Part shown: positions 48,031 through 58,082 of the stretch, in pieces
Position numbering within the stretch: the first letter of the stretch is position 1
How the letters are laid out: every line of letters starts with the position of its first letter
Source: Syntrophobacteraceae bacterium
GTDB lineage: Bacteria; Desulfobacterota; Syntrophobacteria; Syntrophobacterales; Syntrophobacteraceae
Length of the DNA stretch: 64,000 nucleotides
NCBI GenBank assembly: GCA_013314815.1
Contig: JABUEY010000002.1
Coordinates: forward strand, 4,192-68,191
Direction of reading: 5' to 3'
The notes under the pieces: model-generated
What the model was told of the DNA's origin: nothing
What the model saw: the letters and a program-made list of their open reading frames with translations, nothing else
Databases searched by the model: none
Translations under genes and position numbers: made by a program

Positions 48031-48093
48031 GTGCGGTGTGGAAATGATGCAGTGAGGAGAGCCTTCGGGCTCGATGCAGTGGGGGAGAGAGCG

Positions 48094-49119
48094 ATGCTGG
48101 TGGTAATGGACAAGAAAGCGACGGCTGAACAGGTTGACGCGGCCGTTGCCTTGATCGAATCGAGAGGGTACACGGCGCGCCCGATACCCGGGGGACAGCG
48201 CGTGGCCATATGCATTCTTCACAACCACGGTCCGGTGGATGCATCTGTGTTTCTGGGGCTGCCGGGAGTAAAGGAAGCCATACCCGTGACACACCCGTAT
48301 AAGCTTGTGAGCAGGGAACTGCAGCCCGAGGACAGTGTGGTCGATGTGCGGGGCGTGCGTATCGGAAACGGGCATCTTACCGTCATGGCCGGTCCTTGCG
48401 CGGTGGAGAGCGAGGAACAGGCGCTGACGATCGCTCGACTCGTGAAGAAGGCGGGTGCGCACCTGTTCAGGGGCGGGGCGTTCAAGCCGCGAACTTCGCC
48501 CTATGCCTTCCAGGGTCTTGGCGAGGAAGGATTGAAGATCCTGGCGAAGGTGCGCGAGGAGACCGGGATGCCCGTGGTCACGGAAGCCATCGATCACGAG
48601 GTGTTCGATCTGGTCGAGGAATACGCCGACGTCGTGCAGATCGGCGCGAGGAACATGCAGAATTTCAGCCTGCTGCGCCGTGCCGGCCGTTCTGACAAGC
48701 CGATTCTGCTGAAGAGGGGGCTGGCTGCTACCATCGAAGAATGGCTGATGGCTGCGGAATACATCATGGAAGGGGGAAACACGGGAGTCATCCTGTGTGA
48801 AAGAGGGGTTCGGACCTTCGCACATCACAGCCGCAATACCCTGGATCTTTCCGCCATTCCAGTGGTCCGCAAGGAAAGCCACCTCCCGGTGATAGTGGAT
48901 CCGAGTCATGCCGCCGGGCGGCGCAACCAGGTCATTCCACTCAGCCGGGGAGCCGTCGCCGTCGGTTGCCATGGACTCATGGTGGAGGTGCACCACCAGC
49001 CCGAGCGTGCTTTGAGCGACGGTGCGCAGTCGCTCTTTCCCGAGCAGTTCGAGGATCTGCTGCGGCAGATCAAGGCGATTTTCGAGGTCTACTGCAGAGC
49101 GAACGGCTGTGGAGAATGA
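48094..49119 (+). CDS. aroF: 3-deoxy-7-phosphoheptulonate (DAHP) synthase, class I-beta with N-terminal regulatory domain
   Basis: Start is ATG 48094 after GGGGGAGAG (MLVVMDKKATAEQVDAAVALIESRGY). Catalytic core motifs MAGPCAVESEEQ, FRGGAFKPRTSPY, IGARNMQNF and DPSHA are present. The track ORF start (47998) lies inside the terminator. Confidence 0.9.
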   Translation: MLVVMDKKATAEQVDAAVALIESRGYTARPIPGGQRVAICILHNHGPVDASVFLGLPGVKEAIPVTHPYKLVSRELQPEDSVVDVRGVRIGNGHLTVMAGPCAVESEEQALTIARLVKKAGAHLFRGGAFKPRTSPYAFQGLGEEGLKILAKVREETGMPVVTEAIDHEVFDLVEEYADVVQIGARNMQNFSLLRRAGRSDKPILLKRGLAATIEEWLMAAEYIMEGGNTGVILCERGVRTFAHHSRNTLDLSAIPVVRKESHLPVIVDPSHAAGRRNQVIPLSRGAVAVGCHGLMVEVHHQPERALSDGAQSLFPEQFEDLLRQIKAIFEVYCRANGCGE

Positions 49120-49167
49120 CCGGCGATACGGATTGAATCAACGTGTTTTCATTACAAGGTGGAAATA

Positions 49168-50670
49168 ATGAATCTAAACCTGTACCCCGATAAGAGCGAG
49201 TTTCTGAAGCTGGCGGAACGTGGGAACCTTGTGCCGGTGTATCTCGAGATCCTGGCGGACACGGAGACTCCCCTGTCGATGCTGGCCAAGATCTACAAAG
49301 GAGAGGGGCCGGTCTTCCTGCTCGAAAGCGTCGAGGGCGGCGAGCGCTGGGGAAGATACAGCTTCCTGGGAATGTCGGCGCGTTCCACTGTCCGGGTGTT
49401 TAGAGAAACGGTCGAGGTGGAAAACGGGAACCGCGTGGAGACGATACCTCACCACGGCGACCCGCTTGCGGTGCTTCGATCCCTGACGGCAGCCTTCAGA
49501 CCCGTGGCGGTTCCAGGGCTTCCCAGGTTCTGGGGGGGGATGGTGGGGTTTCTGACCTACGAGGCCGTTTCCTTCTTCGAGTCGATTCCCGTCTATCTGC
49601 CCGAGCAAACCCCGCTGGCTCATTTTGTTGTACCCGAACAGCTGTTCATCTTCGATAACGTTCGCCACACACTGACGCTGGTCGCCTATGGCTTCCTGGG
49701 GGAAGACAGCCCTGAACAGGTGTACGGGGAGGCTCTGGCGCGCCTGCGTGAAATGCATGACCTGCTGGCCATGCCGATGCCTGAATGCAGGACGGGTGTC
49801 AGGTCACCGGTCCGCATGGAACCGGTTGTCGACCCGGAATCCTTCCGATCCCAAGTGGCGAGAATAAAAGAATACATCACCGAAGGAGATGTCATCCAGG
49901 CGGTGATTTCCCAGCCCTTCGTCTGTTCGCCTCCCCCCGACCCCTGGTCCCTCTACCGGGCGCAGAGGTACATCAACCCCTCGCCTTATCTTTTCTTTCT
50001 GCATTTGGGTGACACCGTGCTCGTCGGATCGTCTCCCGAAACCATGGTCCGTCTTGAAAACGGCATCGCCACGCTGCGCCCCATCGCCGGAACGCGGCCC
50101 CGAGGCAGAACGGAGCAGCAGGACCGGCTTCTTGCGGACGAACTTCTCCAGGACCCGAAGGAAAGGGCCGAGCATCTCATGCTGGTCGATCTGGGGCGAA
50201 ACGACCTGGGCCGGGTGGCCGAGGTCGGTTCTGTCCAGGTGACCGACCTGATGGTTGTGGAGCGTTATTCCCACGTCATGCACCTGGTTTCGAATATCAC
50301 GTGTGACCTGGACAAGGGCCTGGATGCCTGGGATCTCCTTCGGGCCACATTCCCCGCCGGGACACTTACGGGAGCGCCCAAGGTGCGTGCGATGGAAATC
50401 ATTGCGGAACTGGAAACGGAGCCCAGGGGGCCCTACGGAGGGGCCATAGGCTACGTTTCATTCACGGGGAACATGGACCTGGCCATCACCATTCGTACGG
50501 CCTGCATCACCAACGGGCAGCTCACGGTAAGAGCCGGCGCAGGGATAGTAGCCGATTCCGATCCCGAGAAGGAACGGCAGGAAACCGTCAACAAGGCCAA
50601 AGCCATCCAGAGAGCCCTGCAGTTGATCGAGCGCAGCAGGGAAATCTTTGGGCGGGAAGAGCAACCATAA
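49168..50670 (+). CDS. trpE: Anthranilate synthase component I
   Basis: Motifs [15 protein letters not shown] and [25 protein letters not shown]. The ATG 49168 follows AAGGTGG. Confidence 0.95.
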   Translation: MNLNLYPDKSEFLKLAERGNLVPVYLEILADTETPLSMLAKIYKGEGPVFLLESVEGGERWGRYSFLGMSARSTVRVFRETVEVENGNRVETIPHHGDPLAVLRSLTAAFRPVAVPGLPRFWGGMVGFLTYEAVSFFESIPVYLPEQTPLAHFVVPEQLFIFDNVRHTLTLVAYGFLGEDSPEQVYGEALARLREMHDLLAMPMPECRTGVRSPVRMEPVVDPESFRSQVARIKEYITEGDVIQAVISQPFVCSPPPDPWSLYRAQRYINPSPYLFFLHLGDTVLVGSSPETMVRLENGIATLRPIAGTRPRGRTEQQDRLLADELLQDPKERAEHLMLVDLGRNDLGRVAEVGSVQVTDLMVVERYSHVMHLVSNITCDLDKGLDAWDLLRATFPAGTLTGAPKVRAMEIIAELETEPRGPYGGAIGYVSFTGNMDLAITIRTACITNGQLTVRAGAGIVADSDPEKERQETVNKAKAIQRALQLIERSREIFGREEQP

Positions 50671-50675
50671 GAAAG

Positions 50676-51281
50676 ATGGAGGCGGCCATGATTGCTGTAA
50701 TCGACAATTATGATTCCTTTACCTATAACCTGGTGCAATATTTGAAGATGCTTGGTGCTGAAGTTCGAGTGGTTCGCAACGATGCTGTTACGGTCGAGGA
50801 GGTGTGCGGCTGGAATCCCCGGGGTATTGTCATTTCTCCCGGACCGTGCAGACCGGAGGATGCGGGGATTTCCATTCCCCTGATCCGGGCCTGTTCCGGA
50901 AGAGTACCCATCCTGGGTGTCTGCCTGGGGCATCAGGCGGTTGCTGCGGCATTCGGAGGAAGTGTGGTGCGAGCGAAACGACTGATGCATGGGAAGGTCT
51001 CGACCGTGACAGCCGACGGACGGACTCTCTTTTCCGGGATAAGAAGTCCGTTCCAGGCCATGCGTTACCATTCCCTCGCTGTTGCCGCCGAAGACCTTCC
51101 GGGTTGCCTCGAGGTAACGGCTGAAGCGGAGGACGGAGAAATCATGGGAATCCGGCACCGGGACCATCCCACCGAAGGGATCCAGTTTCACCCGGAATCC
51201 ATTATGACTCCCGTGGGTAAGCGATTACTGCGCAACTTTCTTGCGGGAATCACGGGGCAGAGAGGAGGCAACGGTCAATGA
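50676..51281 (+). CDS. trpG: Anthranilate synthase component II (glutamine amidotransferase)
   Basis: Motifs [25 protein letters not shown] and QFHPES. An alternative start is ATG 50688. Confidence 0.95.
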   Translation: MEAAMIAVIDNYDSFTYNLVQYLKMLGAEVRVVRNDAVTVEEVCGWNPRGIVISPGPCRPEDAGISIPLIRACSGRVPILGVCLGHQAVAAAFGGSVVRAKRLMHGKVSTVTADGRTLFSGIRSPFQAMRYHSLAVAAEDLPGCLEVTAEAEDGEIMGIRHRDHPTEGIQFHPESIMTPVGKRLLRNFLAGITGQRGGNGQ

Positions 51282-52294
51282 TACAGGAGAGCCTGAAGAA
51301 GATCATACGTCGTGAGGATCTCGATGAATCGGAAATGTCCGACGTGATGGATGAAGTCATGTCCGGGGGTGCCACAGATGCCCAGATCGGAGCACTCATG
51401 GCGGCTCTTGCCACCAAGGGGGAGACCTTTTCGGAGCTGGCCGGGGCCGCCAGGGCCATGCGGCGCAGGGCGACGAAGGTCCAGACTACGGCAGACACGG
51501 TGGTGGACACGTGTGGTACGGGAGGAGACCATTCGCAGACCTTCAATATCTCCACCACCACCGCATTTGTGGTTGCCGGATGTGGAGTGTCCGTCGCCAA
51601 GCACGGGAACCGGTCCGTGTCGAGCAGGTGCGGGAGCGCCGACCTGCTCGAGGCACTGGGGGTCCGGCTGGATGTCGCACCCGAGGTGGTCGAAGAGGCG
51701 ATTCAGGAGGTGGGAATCGGCTTCCTTTTTGCACCGCTCTTTCATGGAGCCATGAAGCACGCCGCCAAAGCCAGAAAGGAAGTGGGAATCCGGTCCGTGT
51801 TCAACATGCTGGGGCCTCTCACCAATCCGGCCGGCGCCAACTGCCAGTTGCTCGGAGTATACAAACCCGAACTTACCGAAATGTTCGCCCAGGCTCTCCG
51901 CCTGCTCGGCAGCCGGAGAGCCTTCGTCGTCCACGGACACGACGGGCTGGACGAGATCACGGTCTGCGCTCCCACGCGCGTTTCGGAGCTGAAGGACGGA
52001 CTGATCCGCACCTATGATATCACTCCCGGGCAGTTGCTGGGCAGAGTTGCCGAGGAACGCGACCTTGCGGGTGGGGGACCGGAGGAAAACGCCCGCATCA
52101 CCAGGGCCATCCTCGATGGAGAGAAAGGTCCAAGGAGAGACGTGGTGCTGCTGAATGCCGCCGCCGCCCTCATGGCCGCCGGTGTGGCGAGGGATTTCGC
52201 TCAAGGCATTGCGCAGGCGGAAATCGCCATCGACACCGGGGCGGGCAGGGCGAAGCTCGATGGACTTGTCCGGTTCACCGGCGAAAACGGGTGA
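51278..52294 (+). CDS. trpD: Anthranilate phosphoribosyltransferase
   Basis: Motifs [17 protein letters not shown] and [10 protein letters not shown]. Confidence 0.95.
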   Translation: MIQESLKKIIRREDLDESEMSDVMDEVMSGGATDAQIGALMAALATKGETFSELAGAARAMRRRATKVQTTADTVVDTCGTGGDHSQTFNISTTTAFVVAGCGVSVAKHGNRSVSSRCGSADLLEALGVRLDVAPEVVEEAIQEVGIGFLFAPLFHGAMKHAAKARKEVGIRSVFNMLGPLTNPAGANCQLLGVYKPELTEMFAQALRLLGSRRAFVVHGHDGLDEITVCAPTRVSELKDGLIRTYDITPGQLLGRVAEERDLAGGGPEENARITRAILDGEKGPRRDVVLLNAAAALMAAGVARDFAQGIAQAEIAIDTGAGRAKLDGLVRFTGENG

Positions 52295-52423
52295 TGTGCG
52301 TACGCTACCCTTCTGGAAAAAACGGGTCGACGGGCGACTTGGGTACACCGATGCAGGTGGAAAGACACCTGCGGCCGGTGACGACGCCAAACTTAGAGAC
52401 CTGCGCAGGAGATGGGAATTTCC

Positions 52424-53266
52424 ATGGCGGATATTCTGACGAAAATACTCGATACAAAAAGACTGGAAGTGGAGGACGCCCGGAGGAGAGTTCCCGAGGA
52501 ATCCCTGGAGGTTCTTGCCGAATCGGCACCAGGGCGAAGAGGATTCCTGGAAAGGCTCTCGCGGCCGGGCCCGTGCGGCGTGAATATCATTGCCGAAATC
52601 AAGCGCGGTTCACCATCCCTGGGAACCATCCTCGATAACCTCGATCCAGAAAACCTGGCACGCTGTTACGAGCACGGGGGGGCTGTCGCGCTGTCCGTGC
52701 TGACAGACCGTACTTACTTCCAGGCAGCAGCGGGAGACCTGGCCAGGGCACGCGCCGCCGTTCGGTTGCCTGTCCTGAGGAAGGACTTCATTGTCTCCAC
52801 CTATCAGGTCTATGAATCAGCGGTCATGGGAGCGGATGCAGTGCTGCTTATCGTGAGAGCCCTCTCCCCCGCACTCCTCCAATCCTGCCTGGATCTGTGC
52901 GGAAGACTCAACCTGGATGCCCTTGTAGAGGTGCATTCGGAAGAAGAACTGGATCTGGCGTCCGAGGCGGGCGCACGAATCATCGGCATCAACAACCGCG
53001 ACCTGGCCACTTTCCGTACGGATATCCGGAAGTCCGTCAACCTGGCAAGAAAACTTGTTCCCGGCCAGATAGCCGTTGCAGAAAGCGGCATTCATGAGCG
53101 TGCCCAGGTGGAAACGCTGCTCGATGCAGGAATCCGTAATTTTCTCATTGGAGAGAGCCTGGTCAGGTCGGTCGATCCGTCCGCCTTCCTGCGGTACCTT
53201 TGTGGTCTGCCGGCCGACCATGATCCGGAATTCAAGGGAAATCCAGGTTCGAACCCCGCTGAATAA
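52424..53266 (+). CDS. trpC: Indole-3-glycerol phosphate synthase
   Basis: Start is ATG 52424 (MADILTKILDTKRLEV). Motifs IAEIKRGSPS, LRKDFI and GINNRDL. Confidence 0.9.
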   Translation: MADILTKILDTKRLEVEDARRRVPEESLEVLAESAPGRRGFLERLSRPGPCGVNIIAEIKRGSPSLGTILDNLDPENLARCYEHGGAVALSVLTDRTYFQAAAGDLARARAAVRLPVLRKDFIVSTYQVYESAVMGADAVLLIVRALSPALLQSCLDLCGRLNLDALVEVHSEEELDLASEAGARIIGINNRDLATFRTDIRKSVNLARKLVPGQIAVAESGIHERAQVETLLDAGIRNFLIGESLVRSVDPSAFLRYLCGLPADHDPEFKGNPGSNPAE

Positions 53267-53375
53267 TGAATCATGCATATATCGAGAAGGACGGCTTTTC
53301 TCTCATGCACATTATTTTTTGGAATACAATATTTTATGACTATGTAACAAATTTTTGTGATAATGGAGTTATCTT

Positions 53376-54083
53376 GTGAAAGGAATTGGAGGTCGATCCG
53401 ATTCGAGGCTGCCTGATTCGAGGGGTGTCTCTCCCCAGGTCAAGATCTGCGGGCTTACGAGCGCTGATGAAGCCGCAGCCTGTGCCGAACTGGGGGCTCA
53501 TGCCGTAGGCTGTGTGTTTTACCCTCCAAGCCCCCGCTTTGTAAGCGATCGAACAGCGAGGGAAATTTGTGAACGCCTGCCTTTGGGGGTGAGCGGTGTG
53601 GGGGTTTTCGTGAATGCGGGGTTGCCGGAAATCCTGGAAAAGGTGAAAGGCTGTGGTCTGAAGGCGGTCCAGTTGCACGGTCAGGAGTCGAACGAGCTTG
53701 CGGGGGAGCTCCAAAAACTTGGGATTGTGGTCATTAAGGCTTTTTTCCAAAAGGGAGATCCGCCCCTGGAGTCCGCGGGAGAATATGATGTGTCGGCGTA
53801 TCTTTTTGAATGCGGAGGCGGGCTTTTGCCGGGTGGCAATGCACTCGCCTGGGATTGGGGCGCGGCTCATCGGCCGGCAAATGAAACTCCCGTGATCCTG
53901 GCGGGCGGACTTACGGTTGGAAACGTTGCACAGGCCATAGAACTGGCTTCCCCCGATGCGGTGGACGTCAGCTCCGGGGTTGAACGGATTCCGGGCAGGA
54001 AGGATATGGACAAGGTGAAGGTGTTCTTGGAAACAGTGGCCCGGAGCGGCTGTTCCGGTGAGCCGAGGAGGATATTCCGATGA
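53376..54083 (+). CDS. trpF: Phosphoribosylanthranilate isomerase
   Basis: GTG 53376 follows GGAG. Motifs [16 protein letters not shown] and DVSSGVE. Confidence 0.85.
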   Translation: MKGIGGRSDSRLPDSRGVSPQVKICGLTSADEAAACAELGAHAVGCVFYPPSPRFVSDRTAREICERLPLGVSGVGVFVNAGLPEILEKVKGCGLKAVQLHGQESNELAGELQKLGIVVIKAFFQKGDPPLESAGEYDVSAYLFECGGGLLPGGNALAWDWGAAHRPANETPVILAGGLTVGNVAQAIELASPDAVDVSSGVERIPGRKDMDKVKVFLETVARSGCSGEPRRIFR

Positions 54084-55318
54084 GAGTGGAAGGGCATGCA
54101 GCTTACGATTTCAAACGACAGCAGGATGCGGGAGCGTTTCCTGACGGTCGAGGTCATTTCGGTGCATTTGGGGGCCGGTACGTGGCAGAGACTCTCATGC
54201 CGGCGATTCTTGAACTGGAAACAGCGTACAGGCGAATTGCGGCAAGAGAGGATTTCCAGGTGGAGCTGGGAAAGCTTTTGCGGGATTATGCCGGGCGCCC
54301 GACGCCTCTTTTTCTTGCCGGGCGTCTGAGCAAGAAGATCGGCGGAGCGTCCATCTATCTGAAAAGGGAAGACCTGGCTCACACGGGGGCACACAAGATC
54401 AATAATACCCTGGGCCAGGCGCTTCTCGCCCGGTGGATGGGAAAGAAGAAGGTCATAGCTGAAACGGGAGCAGGGCAGCACGGAGTGGCAACGGCCACGG
54501 CGGCTGCATTGTTCGGTATGGAATGCAAGGTTTTCATGGGTACGGAAGATGTACGTCGCCAGGCGGCGAATGTGCAGCGCATGCGGCTTCTCGATGCGGA
54601 AGTCGTGCCCGTGGCATCAGGGACGGGCACGCTGAAGGACGCCATGAATGAAGCTCTCCGCTACTGGGTTTCGGCGGTGCGGGATACCTTCTACATCATC
54701 GGCTCGGTAGCCGGGCCTCATCCGTATCCGATGATGGTCCGCGATTTCCAGCGCATCATTGGAGACGAAACCAGGTCCCAGATCCTCGAGGCGGAAGGGC
54801 GCCTTCCGGATGTCCTCGTGGCTTGTGTGGGAGGGGGCAGCAACGCCATGGGGCTTTTCTTCCCGTTCCTGGAAGACGCGGTGGAGATGATCGGAGTGGA
54901 AGCCGCCGGTCTGGGGATTTCAACTGGAAAACATGCGGTTACACTGGGAGCGGGGTCTGTCGGAGTGCTCCACGGTTCCAAGTCTTATGTATTGCAGGAT
55001 GCGGACGGCCAGATCCTGGAGGCGCATTCCATATCCGCGGGCCTCGATTATCCCGGCGTCGGCCCCGAACACGCCTTTCTGAAGGAAACAGGCAGGGTGC
55101 GTTATGAATCGGTCGAGGACGGAGCCGCCCTGGCGGCCTTCAAGGAACTCTGTGCCATGGAGGGGATCATCCCGGCTCTGGAAAGTTCACACGCGCTGGC
55201 TCATGCCTTCATCGAGGCTCGAAAGCGCTCCTCGTCGGACCTGATCGTTGTCAATCTTTCGGGGCGTGGAGACAAGGACCTCGGGATCGTGTCCGGATTC
55301 GGGGCGGGTGGGGAGTGA
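54080..55318 (+). CDS. trpB: Tryptophan synthase beta chain
   Basis: Motifs [24 protein letters not shown] and GGGSNAMG. Confidence 0.95.
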   Translation: MRVEGHAAYDFKRQQDAGAFPDGRGHFGAFGGRYVAETLMPAILELETAYRRIAAREDFQVELGKLLRDYAGRPTPLFLAGRLSKKIGGASIYLKREDLAHTGAHKINNTLGQALLARWMGKKKVIAETGAGQHGVATATAAALFGMECKVFMGTEDVRRQAANVQRMRLLDAEVVPVASGTGTLKDAMNEALRYWVSAVRDTFYIIGSVAGPHPYPMMVRDFQRIIGDETRSQILEAEGRLPDVLVACVGGGSNAMGLFFPFLEDAVEMIGVEAAGLGISTGKHAVTLGAGSVGVLHGSKSYVLQDADGQILEAHSISAGLDYPGVGPEHAFLKETGRVRYESVEDGAALAAFKELCAMEGIIPALESSHALAHAFIEARKRSSSDLIVVNLSGRGDKDLGIVSGFGAGGE

Positions 55319-55403
55319 CCGTGAGATCCAAAGTCGATGTGCCGCCTTTGCGAAGGCGGTGACGGTGGGGCAGGACGATAACCAATGACATGGAAGAGAA
55401 GCC

Positions 55404-56201
55404 ATGAACAGAATAGAATCTTGTTTCAAAGGATTGAATGCCAGGGGGGAAAAGGCGCTTGTGGGCTTTGTAACGGCTGGAGATCCTTCCATAACCGAGT
55501 CGATCCGCATCATCCGGGCGATGTGCGAAGCGGGGCTGGACATCTTGGAACTGGGAGTCCCCTTTTCCGATCCAACGGCCGATGGCCCGGTGATCCAGAG
55601 ATCTTCCGGGCGCGCACTCAAAGCGGGAATCACCCTGGCCCGGGTCCTGGAAATAGCCGAGGACCTGCGCCGGTCGACCGAAATCCCTATCGTGATCTTC
55701 AGTTACTACAACCCGATCCTGGCGTATGGAGGAGATCGCTTTTACAGGGATGCAGCGGCTGCGGGAGCGGACGGAGTCCTCATCGTCGATCTTCCTCCAG
55801 AGGAATCCGATGAATTGACTGGGACCTGGCCGGGAAAGGAGCTGGCTTTCATTCGCCTTGTCGCCCCGACGACCCCCCACGAACGAATGGCGGCAATCGC
55901 CCGGGGAGCTGCGGGATTCCTTTACCTGGTTTCCATGACAGGGGTTACGGGAAGCGGCGGACTGGACCTGGATGAAATCTCGGGCGTCGCAGGCCGCCTC
56001 AAAGCCTGTTCCGACGGTACGCCGGTCTGCGTGGGTTTCGGAATCTCTACCGCCGACCAGGTGCGTTCTATTGCGTCCTTCTCAGACGGCGTTGTGGTGG
56101 GAAGCGCCTTCGAGCGCATGATCGAGGATCATCTCGACGATCCGGACCTTCCAGCCAGGATGGCCGGGATGGTGAAGGTCCTGAAAGATGCCACCCGATA
56201 A
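55404..56201 (+). CDS. trpA: Tryptophan synthase alpha chain
   Basis: Motifs [18 protein letters not shown] and GFGIS. Confidence 0.95.
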   Translation: MNRIESCFKGLNARGEKALVGFVTAGDPSITESIRIIRAMCEAGLDILELGVPFSDPTADGPVIQRSSGRALKAGITLARVLEIAEDLRRSTEIPIVIFSYYNPILAYGGDRFYRDAAAAGADGVLIVDLPPEESDELTGTWPGKELAFIRLVAPTTPHERMAAIARGAAGFLYLVSMTGVTGSGGLDLDEISGVAGRLKACSDGTPVCVGFGISTADQVRSIASFSDGVVVGSAFERMIEDHLDDPDLPARMAGMVKVLKDATR

Positions 56202-56283
56202 ACGCATGCCGTCCTCTTCACCGGTGGTCTCAAGGGTGAGAAAGAAAGATCGGCGCAGACAGTCGGGTTGCCTCGGCAAGTCG

Positions 56284-56338
56284 AAAAAACCGGCGCGATC
56301 CGGCCTGCTGAAATCCTGCACGCAGGCCGGATCGCGCC
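56284..56338 (-). terminator. Intrinsic terminator for minus-strand transcription (may also stop trpA read-through)
   Basis: 17-bp perfect stem GGCGCGATCCGGCCTGC / GCAGGCCGGATCGCGCC (56292-56308 / 56322-56338). On the plus strand it is preceded by AAAAAA, which is a U-tract on the minus strand. Confidence 0.65.
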
Positions 56339-56460
56339 ATGGTTCGGCAAACCCGGGAACTTATTCGGTCTTCGGCTTCGATCAGGCCGCCGGCCGGCAT
56401 CTTTGTGAAGCCGAAAGCCCGACGGGATGAAGTCACACCTTATTAGACTTCGGTTCCTGG

Positions 56461-56571
56461 TTAATGAGGATTATCCGCCTTGGATTTCTTCCTGTCCGGT
56501 CCCATTTTATAAAAAAAGGTTACGATGATAACAACTAAGACTCCAGCCATGACGTAATCGTAGAATTCCAC
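56461..56571 (-). CDS. 36-aa hydrophobic mini-protein (single TM helix + Lys-rich tail)
   Basis: AGGAGG SD (56580-56585 on the plus strand) lies 8 nt before GTG 56571. The peptide is VEFYDYVMAGVLVVIIVTFFYKMGPDRKKSKADNPH. A terminator lies ~120 nt downstream. Confidence 0.45.
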   Translation of the reverse strand: MEFYDYVMAGVLVVIIVTFFYKMGPDRKKSKADNPH

Positions 56572-56906
56572 CGGTCTCACCTCCTTCAATGAATGCAAAC
56601 ACAACAATGTGGACAAAAAGACCGTTCGCGGCCCGGCCGGGCAGCCCGGCCCTGAACGGCGTATGAAAGCCGGTTGATACCAATCCGCCCGGAACAAGGA
56701 AAGCACCCCGGTGTACCTCCCCATTCCGGTTGCATGTTGACACATTCGGTTCATTTTATTAGAATTTTGTCTCTCTGTCGCCGCTGCACCGGGGCGAATC
56801 TGTGCAAGTTGTGCTTATGTCAACATTTTCATGTTATTTATGTTATATTATATTGTGGAAGTCAACAAGAAAATATGCGTAGAGGCTTGTTTTTTTGGAG
56901 GGAGGA

Positions 56907-57620
56907 ATGGTATCGCTTGGAGAACGGCTCGAAAGTCTGAGAGGCGGTCATTCTATAGCGGAATTCGCGGAGATGTTCGGAATTCACAAGAACACGTACA
57001 CGAATTATGTGAAAAGGAAGAATGCTCCGGATTCGAAGTTCATCACTTCAGTGTGCCAGAAGTTCGGTGTGAACGCCAACTGGCTGCTGATGGGTGTCGG
57101 CCCCAAATTCCTCGACAAGCATGGTATACATCCCGATGACACCATGGAGTATCCGGGCGAAGAACGATTCGTCATGATCCCGCTGATCGAAACCTGGATT
57201 ACGGACCGGGAAGGGGAGATCATACACGACGGCGTGGTAGACTATCTTCCTTTCAGCAGGGGCTGGTTCAAAACGGTTATTTCTGACGGCGATCAGGACC
57301 GGCTGAAATTCTTCATTCTCACGAGGGTTCGCAGTGATTCGATGTCTCCCACCATCAATCGCGGCGATATTATACTGCTCGATACATCCAGGGATGTGAG
57401 AACCTTCGTCAGAACAGGGGATATCTTCCTGGTGAGGCTTCCCGACGGGGAGCGGGCTCTCAAGAGGGTGGCGGTCTGTTCGGAGGAAGGCTTTTGCAGA
57501 GTGGTTTTCTTTTCGGACAATGTGATTCAGCACCAGCCTGTCGAGTTCAGAGTGGAATCCACGGAAGAGATACACCGTTTTCTGCTGGGGCGCGTGCGTT
57601 GGATGAACAGGGAGTTTTGA
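56907..57620 (+). CDS. XRE-type HTH + S24 peptidase (phage CI/LexA-like) repressor
   Basis: ATG 56907 follows GGAGGGAGG. HTH: LGERLESLRGGHSIAEFAEMFGIHKNTYTNYVKRKNAP. The S24 domain has the catalytic Ser context VRSDSMSPTI and a Lys (ALKRV). Confidence 0.8.
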   Translation: MVSLGERLESLRGGHSIAEFAEMFGIHKNTYTNYVKRKNAPDSKFITSVCQKFGVNANWLLMGVGPKFLDKHGIHPDDTMEYPGEERFVMIPLIETWITDREGEIIHDGVVDYLPFSRGWFKTVISDGDQDRLKFFILTRVRSDSMSPTINRGDIILLDTSRDVRTFVRTGDIFLVRLPDGERALKRVAVCSEEGFCRVVFFSDNVIQHQPVEFRVESTEEIHRFLLGRVRWMNREF

Positions 57621-57740
57621 GGGTCGCTTTACTGCGTGGCCGTAGCGGGGAATGCATGATAGAATAGCAAAAAGGAGAGTCGCACGGCGGATGGGCTTGC
57701 CGCCAGCGTGCTTATGCGTTTCAAGCGGGAGGGAGAGAGA

Positions 57741-58055
57741 ATGTTCTTCTTCATAGGGGGAGTACAGCCCAGGACGGTAACCCTGGACGACACTCCCAGG
57801 CTCTGCGCCGCCTGCGGTCTGGCGCAGGCTCGATTGAAGCGAGTGGATCATTACCTAAGCCTGTTCTTTGTGCCGTTGTTTCCGGTGAAGCGTGGAGAAC
57901 CCGTTCTGCTCTGCGATCGTTGCGGCGCCGTGTCGTCGCCGGACCAATCGAGCGATGCCCCTTTTCGTGCAGCGCAACGGCATGTGTGCCCGCGATGCGC
58001 AATTTCCGTCGAACCGTCATTTAAGTATTGTCCCCACTGCGGAAGCCGGATATAA
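57741..58055 (+). CDS. Zinc-ribbon domain protein
   Basis: Start is ATG 57741 (MFFFIGGVQPRTV). Three CxxC pairs plus CPHC: CAACG, CDRCG and CPRC...CPHCG. Confidence 0.6.
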   Translation: MFFFIGGVQPRTVTLDDTPRLCAACGLAQARLKRVDHYLSLFFVPLFPVKRGEPVLLCDRCGAVSSPDQSSDAPFRAAQRHVCPRCAISVEPSFKYCPHCGSRI

Positions 58056-58082
58056 GGCAGACTGGCAAGAAACAGATCGCGG

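Noticed and set aside
47350-48292. Minus-strand ORFs 47350..47967, 47787..48215 and 47921..48292, and the upstream extension of the aroF ORF to 47998.
   Set aside because: They run through two strong intrinsic terminators and the Trp-leader region. The aroF homology begins only at ATG 48094, which has a good SD.
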